Made by a program: the position numbers and the translations under genes. Under the pieces are notes generated by a model. That model made no database searches, was not told the origin of the DNA, and was given only the letters and a program-made list of their open reading frames with translations. DNA of 64,000 bases from Takakia lepidozioides (Eukaryota > Plantae > Bryophyta): the NCBI GenBank assembly GCA_030704615.1, contig CM060731.1:72912001-72976000 (forward strand). The letters run 5' to 3'. Below, one piece after another: positions 52,891 to 64,000 of this stretch (position 1 is the stretch's first letter; each line of letters begins with the position of its first letter).

Positions 52891-54055
52891 TTCTATTCTC
52901 GTCTTTTTTTTAAGGAAAAGCGGAGGAACAAGTTGCCCTTGAAAGCTTTATTTGAAATTATTGAAGGGAAAAAAATAAAAACCCTTATTGTTTCCCTTAG
53001 AAAAGGAAAAAAAAAATAAATCAACAGCTCAAGCAAACAAGATACCAGATAGGAGCAAAGTTGGCAACAAGGCTACATTTCAAAACAGCAGCAAATCATA
53101 TGTGTCTTGACCACTCTTGGGCGGGTATATATGTTGACATATATGTCCGGACGGGTAATAATCGGGGTATCATACTATTGAGACCCGCCACCCAAATTTT
53201 TGGTGGACCCTGCTTGAGTTAGAACTGGAGAGGGCTATCTCGCCTGTTACCCGGCCCAAGCTGGGACGTGCTGGGCCAACTTGGCTTATTACATGGAACC
53301 GGACTTTAACCTTGAAAATCAGTCGAGTAGTAACTTTTAAACAAGACCTTGAGATTTTATTACAACCTAGCTGCATTCATGGGTAGTAATTATGCATCCA
53401 CATGGGTCTGCATTTAGGAGGACTATTAGTCAAAGCTTTTGGAAGGAAAACCCAAAACCTTGGAAGCTCCTATCTCTTTTCTTTTTCTTTTTTTCCTTTT
53501 TTTGAACCAAATCTGGTCCACTTATTATTATTATTATTATTTTATTGTGATTCTTCATATTTCATTTTTTCCCTTTGTTTTTTTTTTCTTTCAAAATCTT
53601 AATGTATCATAACTGAAAATCAGGTTATATTGATAACCGTTGTATGGACCCGGTGTTCCACTTGGATAATGGCATATTGATAACCTGAGAAATTGTTTTT
53701 GGGGACCCCTCTATTGATAACCTCTAACCGCCACAATTTCCAAACCTCTACATTATGTATAACCACCTCCACACCGTTTTAAGCAAAGATGCCTTACCCG
53801 GACCCTTCAATATGCCTAAATTGTCATACCCGCCCAACACTGGTCTTGACCCAACCTTGAACGAGGGACTCCATGGGATCATAGAAAGGCTTAATAGGGC
53901 CTTTCATGGGGCTGTAGCTGCAAGGCGAAGTGGCTCTTAATTACCACGGCTTTGGCCGGAGTCTTCCGCTAAAAAGGCTTAATATTTCTTAGAATTTTCA
54001 AATTTACTTAATATACTTTACCTTTCTAAGGGACAGTAAAAAACAACATGGGGTT

Positions 54056-54764
54056 CAGCGTCCGGGAAATAATTTCAGTTGAACCAGCGGTAGCCGCTCA
54101 TTCCCAGCAGCAATCGGCTAAGTGGGTTGGGCAGTCGGTTGCTGCCCCTTAGTGGTAACTATACCCGGTCAATTTCCGGGATAAATTCTTTACAACCGGT
54201 AATATTCCTAATGATTTATTTTGTGTTCAGCTATAAATCCGGCCCTTATAAATATCAACTGGTTGACAACACAAGTGTCAAATGCACAACAATAAGTAAA
54301 TAATAATAATAATAAATAATCACAACCAGTTTTAAGCAATTCAAACAAGTGAAGCGAGTGCAAGCAGGCGTAGGGCTGGGGGCTGCGAGAGCAATGTCCA
54401 GACTTAGTAGGCCCGCGGGCCGCCCTCTTTGAGTTCAATATTTTTTCACGTACACGCCCTTCCTCGGATGTAACCCGGCCTAGCACGTTGGAATTCTGCC
54501 ATGTGGCAGACTTCGACGGCCATTTCCGTTTTTTGTAATATAAGAAGGGCCGGAATCCGTCCAGGCCTTGCCAACTAAGGCAGATTTCCTGTCTGTAATG
54601 AAATGGAAAGGCAAATATCCTTCTTAAAAGTAGGGCACCCGGTTGATTTCCGCTTCGGCCATTTTTCCCCTCGGATCCATTTCCTGAGGTTTCATATTTC
54701 ATTCGGAAATTCTGGAATTCAGTCGGCTAGCATGTAACTGGCTGCCGGTTCTCCCCGGACGTTG
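54056..54764. mobile_element. Non-autonomous hAT element (MITE), copy 2
   Basis: Near-identical to 45442-46256 apart from a ~100-bp internal deletion; same TIRs; TSD ATGGGGTT/ATGGGGTA. Confidence 0.92.
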
Positions 54765-55721
54765 ATGGGGTAGAGTCATCTTCCTGGAGAAATGTTATAT
54801 TCTCAAAGAACACAACAGCATTTATCCGAGTTGGAGTCTTTACCATAGTAAATAACAAACATCAATTATTTGTTTGATGACTCCACATGAACACTGAGAG
54901 GACACCACGTTCCACTTTAATATGTTACCACCTCTTTTGGTTAAAATACATAATGAAACAAGGGATGGTAGGTCCTACAGCCTCACCGTGCTGCTTCAAA
55001 ATCTTATTTTCTTTGTTTCTCAGAGTTTTCTTTTCAGTTTTTCCTCTTGTCATGTGGAGCTGTCGGTGTGTTTTCCATTCTGTGTGAGAATGAATGCCTG
55101 ATTGCAGTAAGGTTCTAGATTTAATGCTTGTGGAGTCAGGCAGCTGTGGCCTCCTATCATGCAAGGAAAATCAGGAAATAAAGCTTCACCTCACAAAGAG
55201 TGCAGGAAGGCTCCCTCTCCCTTGCAAACCCAGTTGCATACTATAAAAACCTGCAAAACATTGTTGTAGCTGGAGCAAATGGCATGACTTCTTTTGTCCT
55301 TTTCCTCGGTGTCAAGAGCGAGGGAGCAAGAATGACCCTCGTCCATCAATAGTTGATGTAGAAGTTGAGATTGGGAGTCAAATGATGCCTCAGGGAGAAT
55401 CTTCACTTGGTTGTATCCCCCGTAAACCCTTGCTCTGCCAGTCTCCATCTACATCTATAACTAACAATGAAAATGCAGATGTAACTTCCCATAATCAATG
55501 TACATTAGTTTCTTCTAATACTGTGTGCAATTCAATCACCTGTCACTAGCTGATTTAGACGTGACCACTCAGCCTAAGTTTGCCAAATCGCTTGTCTACA
55601 CGTTGGAAACAGGAAATCCAGTGTTTGATTTATGGGCTGCCATTGACATGATCATTCGAGGTAGCATGAGGAGGACTCCAGCATTCCTGTCAGAGGGAAA
55701 GATAGAGATGTGTCAGTCCCC

Positions 55722-58700
55722 TCACGTCAAGCAAGGACTTCTACCAATGGAGTATGAGGTTCCAACAGTTGAAGGGCAGGCTTGAGTCCAGGGTTTATCA
55801 GAGGGATCTCCCAAGGCAGTCCATAAAGCAGGGTCGTTGTAGTCCTTGATCAGATGTGAGGCGCCGACAGACAGTAGAACTGGGCCTGGGTGCCCTGTTA
55901 ATAAGCCCACTACTACTGAACCTGCAGCCACTCCTGCCTTCACCCCTGACGGTGAGTCCTGCACCCATTCGCCCCTCTGTAAGTTTCTTTGAAGTTGTCT
56001 ATGGCATTGCCTTGGGATCAAGACGTAAAAACTGTTCTTTGTTCAATCAGTTAAGTTAATAATTTCACATCATTCCCCTCCACTTCAATGTCCCCCCCCT
56101 ACCCCCGTCTCAAATTACCCCTTTCCCCCCTCCCAAAGAGGAAGGCAGAATTTAGTGTAGTCAGCCTAGCAGGGTTTTGAGTGTTTTTTAAATTGCTCAA
56201 CACAGGGGGCTGTTATTTCCTATCCACATATTTTTGTGCCATAGATCATCTTGTTGCTGATTCAGTATAGTCACCTCAAGCACAAAAGCCTGGTTTGGTT
56301 CCACTTCCAGGAACTTAATAGCCTGCAAATACGGGTCAGGAAAGGGCTTGGGATGTTCACACTCGTTTCCCACCACAAGAATCTCAAAAAGGTCTGTAAC
56401 GCCAAGGGCCACCAGGACTTGCTCTGCATTTGCACGGGGGGAATTGGTCACTGCAGCACCTCGCAGACCCCGTTTCTTCCCCCACTCGACAAATTGGTGA
56501 AATCCAGGGATGGGCTGTATGTCCTTTGCTGCCATGCTGGCAGCCAACCATCCGTAAGGTCAATCTTATGTCATGGAACACAAAGGTGTCACTCTTCCCA
56601 TAATTAAGTTTCACAACCTCAGGCTGTCATATTTGCAACAGAGTGTCACATTTGAAACTAAAATATCAGCTTATATAGCCCATGTAATAGTACAAAGAAA
56701 GAGGGGTAAGGAAGGACCTGCGATATCGAACTTCCTTCTCATCCATGTATTGTACGCGCCGAGCTTCGTCCAACTCAGGCATGAGTTCTGGAGCAATGAC
56801 ATAGTTTAGTTTTCCACTCATTTGGCGATAACAATCATATGGGAATGGGCACCCCCCCATTGTATCCTGCCTGCAGCCACACCTCTTCACCCTTCCTATC
56901 ATCATTCCCACCTTTTGGCGATGATAAAAATTATTGATTGATGCTAATGCATTTAAGGCCAATGCATCCCACACCTTCCTCCTTGCTCCTTGTCTCCTGC
57001 CTGGCCTGCAGCCTGTGACACAACTGTTGATTTGCTCTTCTGCCTCCTTGCTCAGCTCTTCTCATCTGGCTATTGCCACTTTTGCAGCTAATTCAGACTG
57101 TCCTCCAAATCTGCCTGCGGCTCTGTCTGGCTTGCTGCTCTCGCCTTGCTGCTCGCTGCCTCTGATGCCTACATTCGGCTGCTCAATCTTGGGCTGCTTT
57201 GCTGCCCATACCCTTGTGGCTAGGGCATGATGTGCTTGCTCTGCTCCTCATCTTGGGGCTGGTCTGTTGGCTTCGTCTGCTTGTGCTCTCGTTGTGCCCT
57301 CCCCGGCTTGCCTGCATTCTGTTTGCTTCCTCATCTTTCTTCCTGACTTTATTTGCTTGCATTCTGCTCTGCTCTGCTTTGCTCTCTGCTCGCCTTCACT
57401 TGGGCATTCCTGGGTGCTCTTCAATGGCACTGCTGCCAGGTCTCTCTATGTCTCATCTTTAGTCACTCTGCTGCTCTTCTCGTCCATCTGCACTGGGTGC
57501 TCTCGCCCGTTTTCCCTCTCTCTCTCTATCTCTCTCAGAGAGCTCCTTGCATCTAGGAGGACAATAAGAACATCCATGGGAAGCCCAAAAGTTTTTATGG
57601 GACTAGAGTTGTGCTCATGTACCGTGGCAAGAGATAGAAAAGAAACTATATAACATCCAAGGGGTGCCTGAAGTTGTTGGGCAAGAGCAAATGGCAAATT
57701 ACAAGAGAACAAAATTGCTGCTGCTGTAAGAAAATCCTGCAGTTGAGGCACTCGCTCTTTGGACATTGATTGCTTCTACTAGTCTTCGGGTTTCATGCCA
57801 GACTTACATTTAGTGCACATCCTCATAATTTTAGGTCTGACATTTATACCACTTGTACAATGTACAGGCACTGTGTAGAACAGTAACTCACTGCACTGGA
57901 GGGAATAAATCCCTGCACTGGACCACATCACCACGAGACAGAGTCACGGAAGTCTATGGTTTCAAGATGGGTGGTGCAAACCTCAACAAGAATCTCTTGG
58001 AAGGCCAGGAAATGGATGCGGTCGGTGTCGGCAATAGTCCCGTCAATATCAAACAACACAGCCTTCAGGTTATCACCTTTAGGAAGGGCTGAGGCCTTCT
58101 TACCCTCTGCACATTGCAATTCACTATTAGCAGTGGCAGTCTCCAATTCAGGTGTAGCTGTCAACGACGAGATCACTACTATCAATGGCTCCCACAGAAT
58201 ACTGAACCTCCTATTGCCTATCATGCGGGTGATCCCACCAGGGCGTATGAAAATTCAGCCGAAATTCATGCCACTGATTACAAGAGGTTGGAATAATGTG
58301 GATTCCAGCAGAAAGACATTGACAGTACATGCCACCCAACAAATGGTCATGGATTTGTGATAAACATAGTGCAACTCAGATAAATCATCCGCAAGGATCA
58401 GACAAGACTCCATGAGATGTCATGAGATGTTATGTGTCTGTGAGAGAGGCAGAAAGCAAATATACTACATCTGCTGGAAGCCCAGAGGGTACAAGGGACA
58501 CATGGAATGACACAATAGAACCGAAGAACGTAAAGAACAGATCAAAACCCAAATTTTCAAAAGGTGGAGTGTGGAGAGAGGGAAAAGAAGCAGAAGAAGA
58601 AGACATTCATTACAGGCAGAGGGCCTGCATGACACAGTGGAACTACAAAAGAAAACCAAAAGAACAGAACAATAAAACCTAAAGCACAGGAAGAGGGAAA

Positions 58701-59129
58701 GAGGTTTTCTATTGAAGTTGGACATGGGATCTTGCCATTTTGTTATGCACTAAATAAAACAGGTTTTAGAAGGTGTGGTCTACCAGGAGATCCAGTGGAG
58801 CAACGGGGGGATATGCTTGGGGATATCTTAGGTTGCCAAACCACAATCTCTGCATCTGGTGCTTTGCAGTCTGCTTTCTCTTCCGGTGCTTTTCTGGGCT
58901 CGTTGCACTCTTTCTTCTCTATCATTTTGCTATCCGGCTCATTGCACTCTTTGTTCTCTGTCTCTTTGCTATCTGACTCTTTGCTAGTGACAGTTGGATT
59001 AGAAAAGGGGCAGATGCTCTCTTTCTCTTCAGATTTGGTGTGTGCCTCTCCGCTCCTGTCTGTATTCATTTTCATTTTGATGTCTCCTTTGTCTACCTCA
59101 GCTGTTGGGCAATCCATGGGGCAAGACAT
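55722..59129 (-). CDS. HAD-superfamily phosphatase (Sgpp/CbbY-like) with charged N-terminal extension; apparent 1-bp frameshift in exon 3
   Basis: Exons 59129-58784, 58157-57982, 56870-56718, 56536-56275, 55958-55722; AVLFDIDGTIADTD, AAVTNSPRAN, KPFPDPY, E/DSPSGVKAGVAAG. Confidence 0.85.
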
Positions 59130-60585
59130 TTGGAGGAGGCTGCTGGAAGTTTACTACTTTTCGTTCATTTGAAAGCCGAATATTCGCTTCCCTGCAATAG
59201 AAATTGGCAGGCAAAGATTTTTCTCCAAATTCAACTCCTTCAAAGTTCCTATGGAAACAGTGCCCGGCGACCACTCATTGCAGTCTGATAAATAAAGGGT
59301 GTCTAGTGCCTGTGTGGGACACACTTGTGTGGACCCAATCCATAAACTAGAACACAACTTTGATTTGCAACATTTGCCTCTACATATAGACTTGACCACA
59401 AACTCGTAATGTCTCTGATCACTTAAAGTTGGGTTTGACACAAACACTCCAATCTTGCAACCAACGGTAGGATAAGCCTCACTTAGTTTCTGAAAGTTCT
59501 AACACGGTGAACTTACCACAAATGAAGCCTCAGCTAAATTCATATTGTAGTTGATTACAGATTCAGTTTCCGGTGAGGTATCAGGATCTATCCATGACAA
59601 CCAATAGCAACCGTGAAGCATGGCAGTGTCAATGTCCAAGAGCACAATTTCAAAAGGGAAGGCAACAAAGAAGTTCAACGTCCAGCGATTTACAGAGAAA
59701 GTTTAGAGAAGAATTGAGGGGTGCGAGAATGTACAGTTGCAGAATGCATGATTTCATGACCAGCTCTTACAATTTATCGACGTAAGAACAGTAGAACAAG
59801 TGCATCACAACAGAACATAGGGTCTTTGTTTTTCTTTCCAATTTCTTTCCGAATCAAAGTCAAAATTCACGGCCAGAGCCGAATCGAATGCCACACAAAA
59901 ATCAGCAATTCATTCATAGCCCACTTGGTGTACCGTAACTTGAATGAATCTAACATCTCAAAAGTGTGCAAGATAGATGGATAACCTGTTTTAGCAGCAT
60001 CCTCCGCATAGAGAGCCTATCTGACACACAAAAATGCTTTGCACAGTGAGAAGAGTACCCCTTCAGAAGCTCAACCTCCTCAGTTATCCTTCAAATTCAG
60101 CGCCGTGCCTGTTGATGTCAAATGGGTCGTGCCCTCTAAAATCTCGTGACCCAACTCCAATCATTGGCTGAGGGCAAGTTGTGTACCTCCACAGTACAAA
60201 GCAGCTCTTGAAATTCGAATTTTGGTTTCAAGAAGAGCATCAAAATATACCTAGATCGATACAGTCAACCTAAAACGTGCTCGTAAAAATAGTTCGCAAA
60301 CCTAGGGAACCTTGCTTCCAAGGATACACTCCCAGTTTTAGTGCGTCATGTGATGGTGATTTGACCAGCTTGAGTTTGCCTTTGTGATGAAAACTGGCTC
60401 TGTGAGGGATCGGAAATGATGCTAATCCAATATGGCCAATACAGATGTTGGGTTTCAAGGATAAGGGCCCCAGGACGGATTTATTAGAAGGTTGCAGTAA
60501 TTGACTCTAAGACGGTAGAAGATTTGAGGGTGGGGGGCCTGATTGTAGATTGTGCATACATCCAAAATGCGGTGATCTGAGAAAG

Positions 60586-61799
60586 ATGAAGGAGTCAGGA
60601 CGGGGCCGTGTGTTTGTGACTGTCGGGACGACTTCCTTCGATGCCCTGGTGAAGGCTGTGGATTCGAAAGAATGCCGGCAGGTGCTGACCGGACTTGGCT
60701 ACTCCTCGATTCTCATCCAACTTGGTCGCGGCTCTTTTCTCCCTGCCAAGGTGACCATCTCTCTCTTTCTCTCTTCTTCGTTTCTTGTTTTACTCCTTCC
60801 TCTCTCTTTTTGGGGGGAATAGGAGAAGAGAAACATCTATATCAAGTGACATAAACAGACAAGAAACCTCGATGACATGGGGAGGCCAGATAGGGTAATG
60901 AGCTAAAGAAACACCCCAAAGTGCAAGTACAGAACATAACGTAACTCATAGTGCCAAGGACATTTCCTTATAATTGCAATGTCGGCCAGCTTTTCATCAC
61001 CCATATGTTTTCCAAGCTGTCACTTACAAATACTCGTCCCTGTATCCAGGTTTACTTCAAACCTACTTCTGGCCATTTCTGGTTTGTAGCTCATCACACA
61101 TGCAACACGAAATGCAGTATTCACCTTGCTTTCCTGAATTCAAATTCTTCCTTTCCAGTCCTCCTGCCTTCAATGGATGTCTTTGGAGTGCAGTCCAATG
61201 GAGAGGATGGGAGCTTGGAAGTCAACTATTTCCAATTTGCAGATAATTTGGCTGAGTACGTGAGCTCTGCTGCACTTGTGATCAGCCATGCCGGTGTGTA
61301 GTGATCTCCTTCCATTTCTGCGTCAATGCATTGACAAGGGCGAAGAAGGGAGTTGTTTTTCTGGAATGCAGGAGGGGGGCTAGTGATATTAACAGAAACA
61401 GTTTGTATGTTCCGTCCTGTTATTCCTGTTCAATCAAACAATATAAATTGTTTAGAGACATGCATGCCTATAAGTTCACCAAGTTCAGCTTACTGAGGGC
61501 TACTGCCCACTCTGCATCTGGCATATGAAATGGGAATTGCAGGATCAGGGAGCATATTTGAGACACTGCGGGCAAAGCGACCATTGGTGGTGGTGGTGAA
61601 TGATGCACTCATGGACAACCATCAGTGTGAATTAGCTGAGGAGTTAGCCGACAAGAAGCACCTGTTGTGCGCTAGCCCTGCTTCTTTGGTCAATATCCTC
61701 CAATCTATGGACTTGCAGTCTCTTGTTCCTTACCCTGCCTCAAATCCTCTTGCTCTTGTGAACATTCTGGATCGGTTTCTTGGTTTTACTGATTCCTAG
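60586..61799 (+). CDS. ALG13: UDP-N-acetylglucosamine transferase subunit ALG13, 3 exons
   Basis: Exons 60586-60750, 61194-61293, 61543-61799; VFVTVGTTSFDALV, LVISHAGSGSIFETL, VVVNDALMDNHQCELAEEL. Confidence 0.95.
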
Positions 61800-62911
61800 G
61801 ATGGTTGATACTAGCTGAGGAAGGCTATCGCTTACAGGCAGTACTGGAAATCATATTGCCCTCCTGTTCTTGCTTGATCCTGCTTCCTCCGGCACCCCCT
61901 TATCAGCTGTATGAGCTACTCCCTGGTACGCAATGAAGCCTATCAGAAGGTTCACAGCTTAGATTGGGCTTTCAACTTACTATTCTTTACTGTATGCTTA
62001 GTGAGGCTGTATGCTTGTCCTGAGGCTGTTTTGCAATAATGAACTGTAATTGTGAACGTGGAGGTCACAATTGCAAGGTTCTGCTTGTAACACGAGAAGT
62101 ATCTGCCTTCACCACAAATTATCTATGCAGACCCTTTCACTGTGTGAAAGTGATCGGCTGAATTTGACTACTTGGTCAGGCTGCTTGTAATGTTTGCTTG
62201 GTGTAACTAATTCCAACTCGTTTTAGGCCCCAGCAGCACCAATAGTTAGGTGGCATTCCAGATTCGCAACGCTAAATAGGCCAGCTAAATGGCATTTTAG
62301 CTAATTAGTTAGCAGGTGGTCCACTCACAGTTGGTGTAGCTACTAGATGATTTGTTTTGGCCACTGGCCCAGTCTCTTCAAAAGTATACAAATGGTCTTC
62401 CTGGCGGGCAGCTACCTGAAACTGTGGAGCATTAGGTTAAGGTGCAGGTGAGTGGGACTGTTGAAGTGGGGCGGGTCACCTAGAGCTAGGGCACAACCGT
62501 GGATTAAGCATAACTACTCTTAACTATAACATAACAGGCCCTTAGGCCAATCAAGCATCTCCTTAACATACAGAAGCTTCCCAAGAGTAGAAATTCTCAT
62601 TGTTATAGACAGAAGCTGCAAAATGCCCGCTGTGTGACACATGATATCATGCTTGCAACTCATCTACAATACAGCCACACCTAGTGCTTTCTATTTTGTT
62701 CTAGAGCCTCAGATCTTCTAACTAATTTGTCCAATGAACATACGTAAAGCTGACAGGACATATCTCAGGTCGCAACAGGCACCCCTCAGCAGGCACTCAT
62801 CACCATGTTAATCTCTCTTGAGGGTGCGGTGAGGCACACTATTAATTTACATTTGAGGTAACAAATAGGAGGAAAAATAGGATTTGCGCATTAAAGGTCA
62901 TTAGCTGGCCC

Positions 62912-63987
62912 TCAAAAAAGGACACCTTGCTTTGCAGTACTGGTTACCAACTCGATTATCCGGTACATCCACCGATCCAACATCCCTGTCATATGTGAAC
63001 ACCCCACTATCAGTCAAGATAATAATCGTGATGTAATTCTCAAATTACCATCAACAGGCCAGCTGTTGCCAACTCCATCTCAGGCACCTGGGGTTTTCTA
63101 AGTATATGGCATACCAAATGGTCTAAATGAAACAATCAAGCACCCTCCATGATCAGAGAAGCCCTGGTCAAATTACAATCGCCAGCCAATGCACCAAGAT
63201 TTGACAATCTCACAGTGGAATTGAGTGGTTCAACACACATAGGTATTCATGGAAGCTATCTGAAAATCGTACCAGTTCACTTCTGTGCATCTGAGAAAAC
63301 TCAGATACAGTGAATGAGGTGACTGAGGATTTGAAGACGTGACAGTTTGCCTATTTGTTGATAGGCAAGACTAAAAGGACAAGAAAGAGGGGGAGGATAG
63401 AAACACCATCCATTTCATTTGCAGACTCTACCTGTGACAGCAAATGTCCCTCCGAGGACAGCACAAAGACGTGTGAGGAAATGGCCAAAGTTGCGCCGTT
63501 GCTCCTTGATGGTCACTATGATGGGAGATAAGTCATACACAAAGTACACAGCTGCAAAAAGCCCATACACTACCAGATGACAATCCATTTTTTTGTAATA
63601 AGGAACAACGGTAGTCAAAAGCATTGGCTCGAAGTACTTGGTAGTATATCTGAGAAACTGGACCTTTATTCCCTAGACCTCTGACACACAACCACTGTAA
63701 ATGGACACAAACCTATGTTCGTCCATTTAATCATCAGTTGAGTTATAGGTTGCTGCCCAACAACTCTGTTGCTATGTGTATATATCAACCAAGACGTGTA
63801 TATACACCATCTGTCTTTGGATCTGCAATCTATCGTTTGACTGATGTGCCGTCCACATACCCAATGCCCAGCACAAACCTGGCCAATGTTGGTCGTGTTT
63901 TTGGAGTGGTTGGTAATATTCCGTCACCGAGAACTGGTTCGTAGGCAACGTTCGCCCTGTCAAGTACTGGTATTCTGTGGGCACAAT
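62912..63987 (-). CDS. ER-Golgi intermediate compartment protein (ERGIC3/Erv41-46 family), last three exons; gene starts beyond the window
   Basis: Exons 63987-63879, 63551-63432, 62985-62912; IVPTEY..TNQFSVTEY, VYFVYDLSPI, FLTRLCAVLGGTFAVTGMLDRW. Confidence 0.92.
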
Positions 63988-64000
63988 CTGGTGCACACTC

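Noticed and set aside
56920-57770. Hydrophobic ORFs inside the HAD intron as membrane proteins
   Set aside because: They arise from low-complexity CT-rich sequence, likely a TE remnant; boundaries could not be defined.

Overview
Plant nuclear DNA, probably from a non-seed land plant (inferred from short GT-AG introns, PLS-class PPR relics, a chromovirus and the gene set). The left ~35 kb is accessory, TE-derived DNA. Its main feature is a ~10-exon, ~1,100-codon pseudogenised gene (765-12941) that joins a ParB/Srx-like domain to a beta-class amino (N6A/N4C) DNA-methyltransferase domain. Its introns carry eight copies of a CG-rich ~30-bp palindrome, and it lies directly upstream of a 5'-truncated MULE-like transposase with a SWIM finger. 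Together these suggest a DNA transposon carrying its own ParB-methyltransferase module (inference). A young chromodomain Ty3/Gypsy element (2735-9690, TSD TCCAT) sits in intron 3. Next come a PPR pseudogene cluster and a ~12-kb degenerate multi-ORF, LINE-like element. The right ~28 kb holds host genes: an aldo-keto reductase, an intron-containing SHORT-ROOT-like GRAS gene, a HAD phosphatase, ALG13 and the 3' end of an ERGIC3-like gene. These are interspersed with hAT MITEs and retroelement debris. All calls were read by eye; no searches were run.
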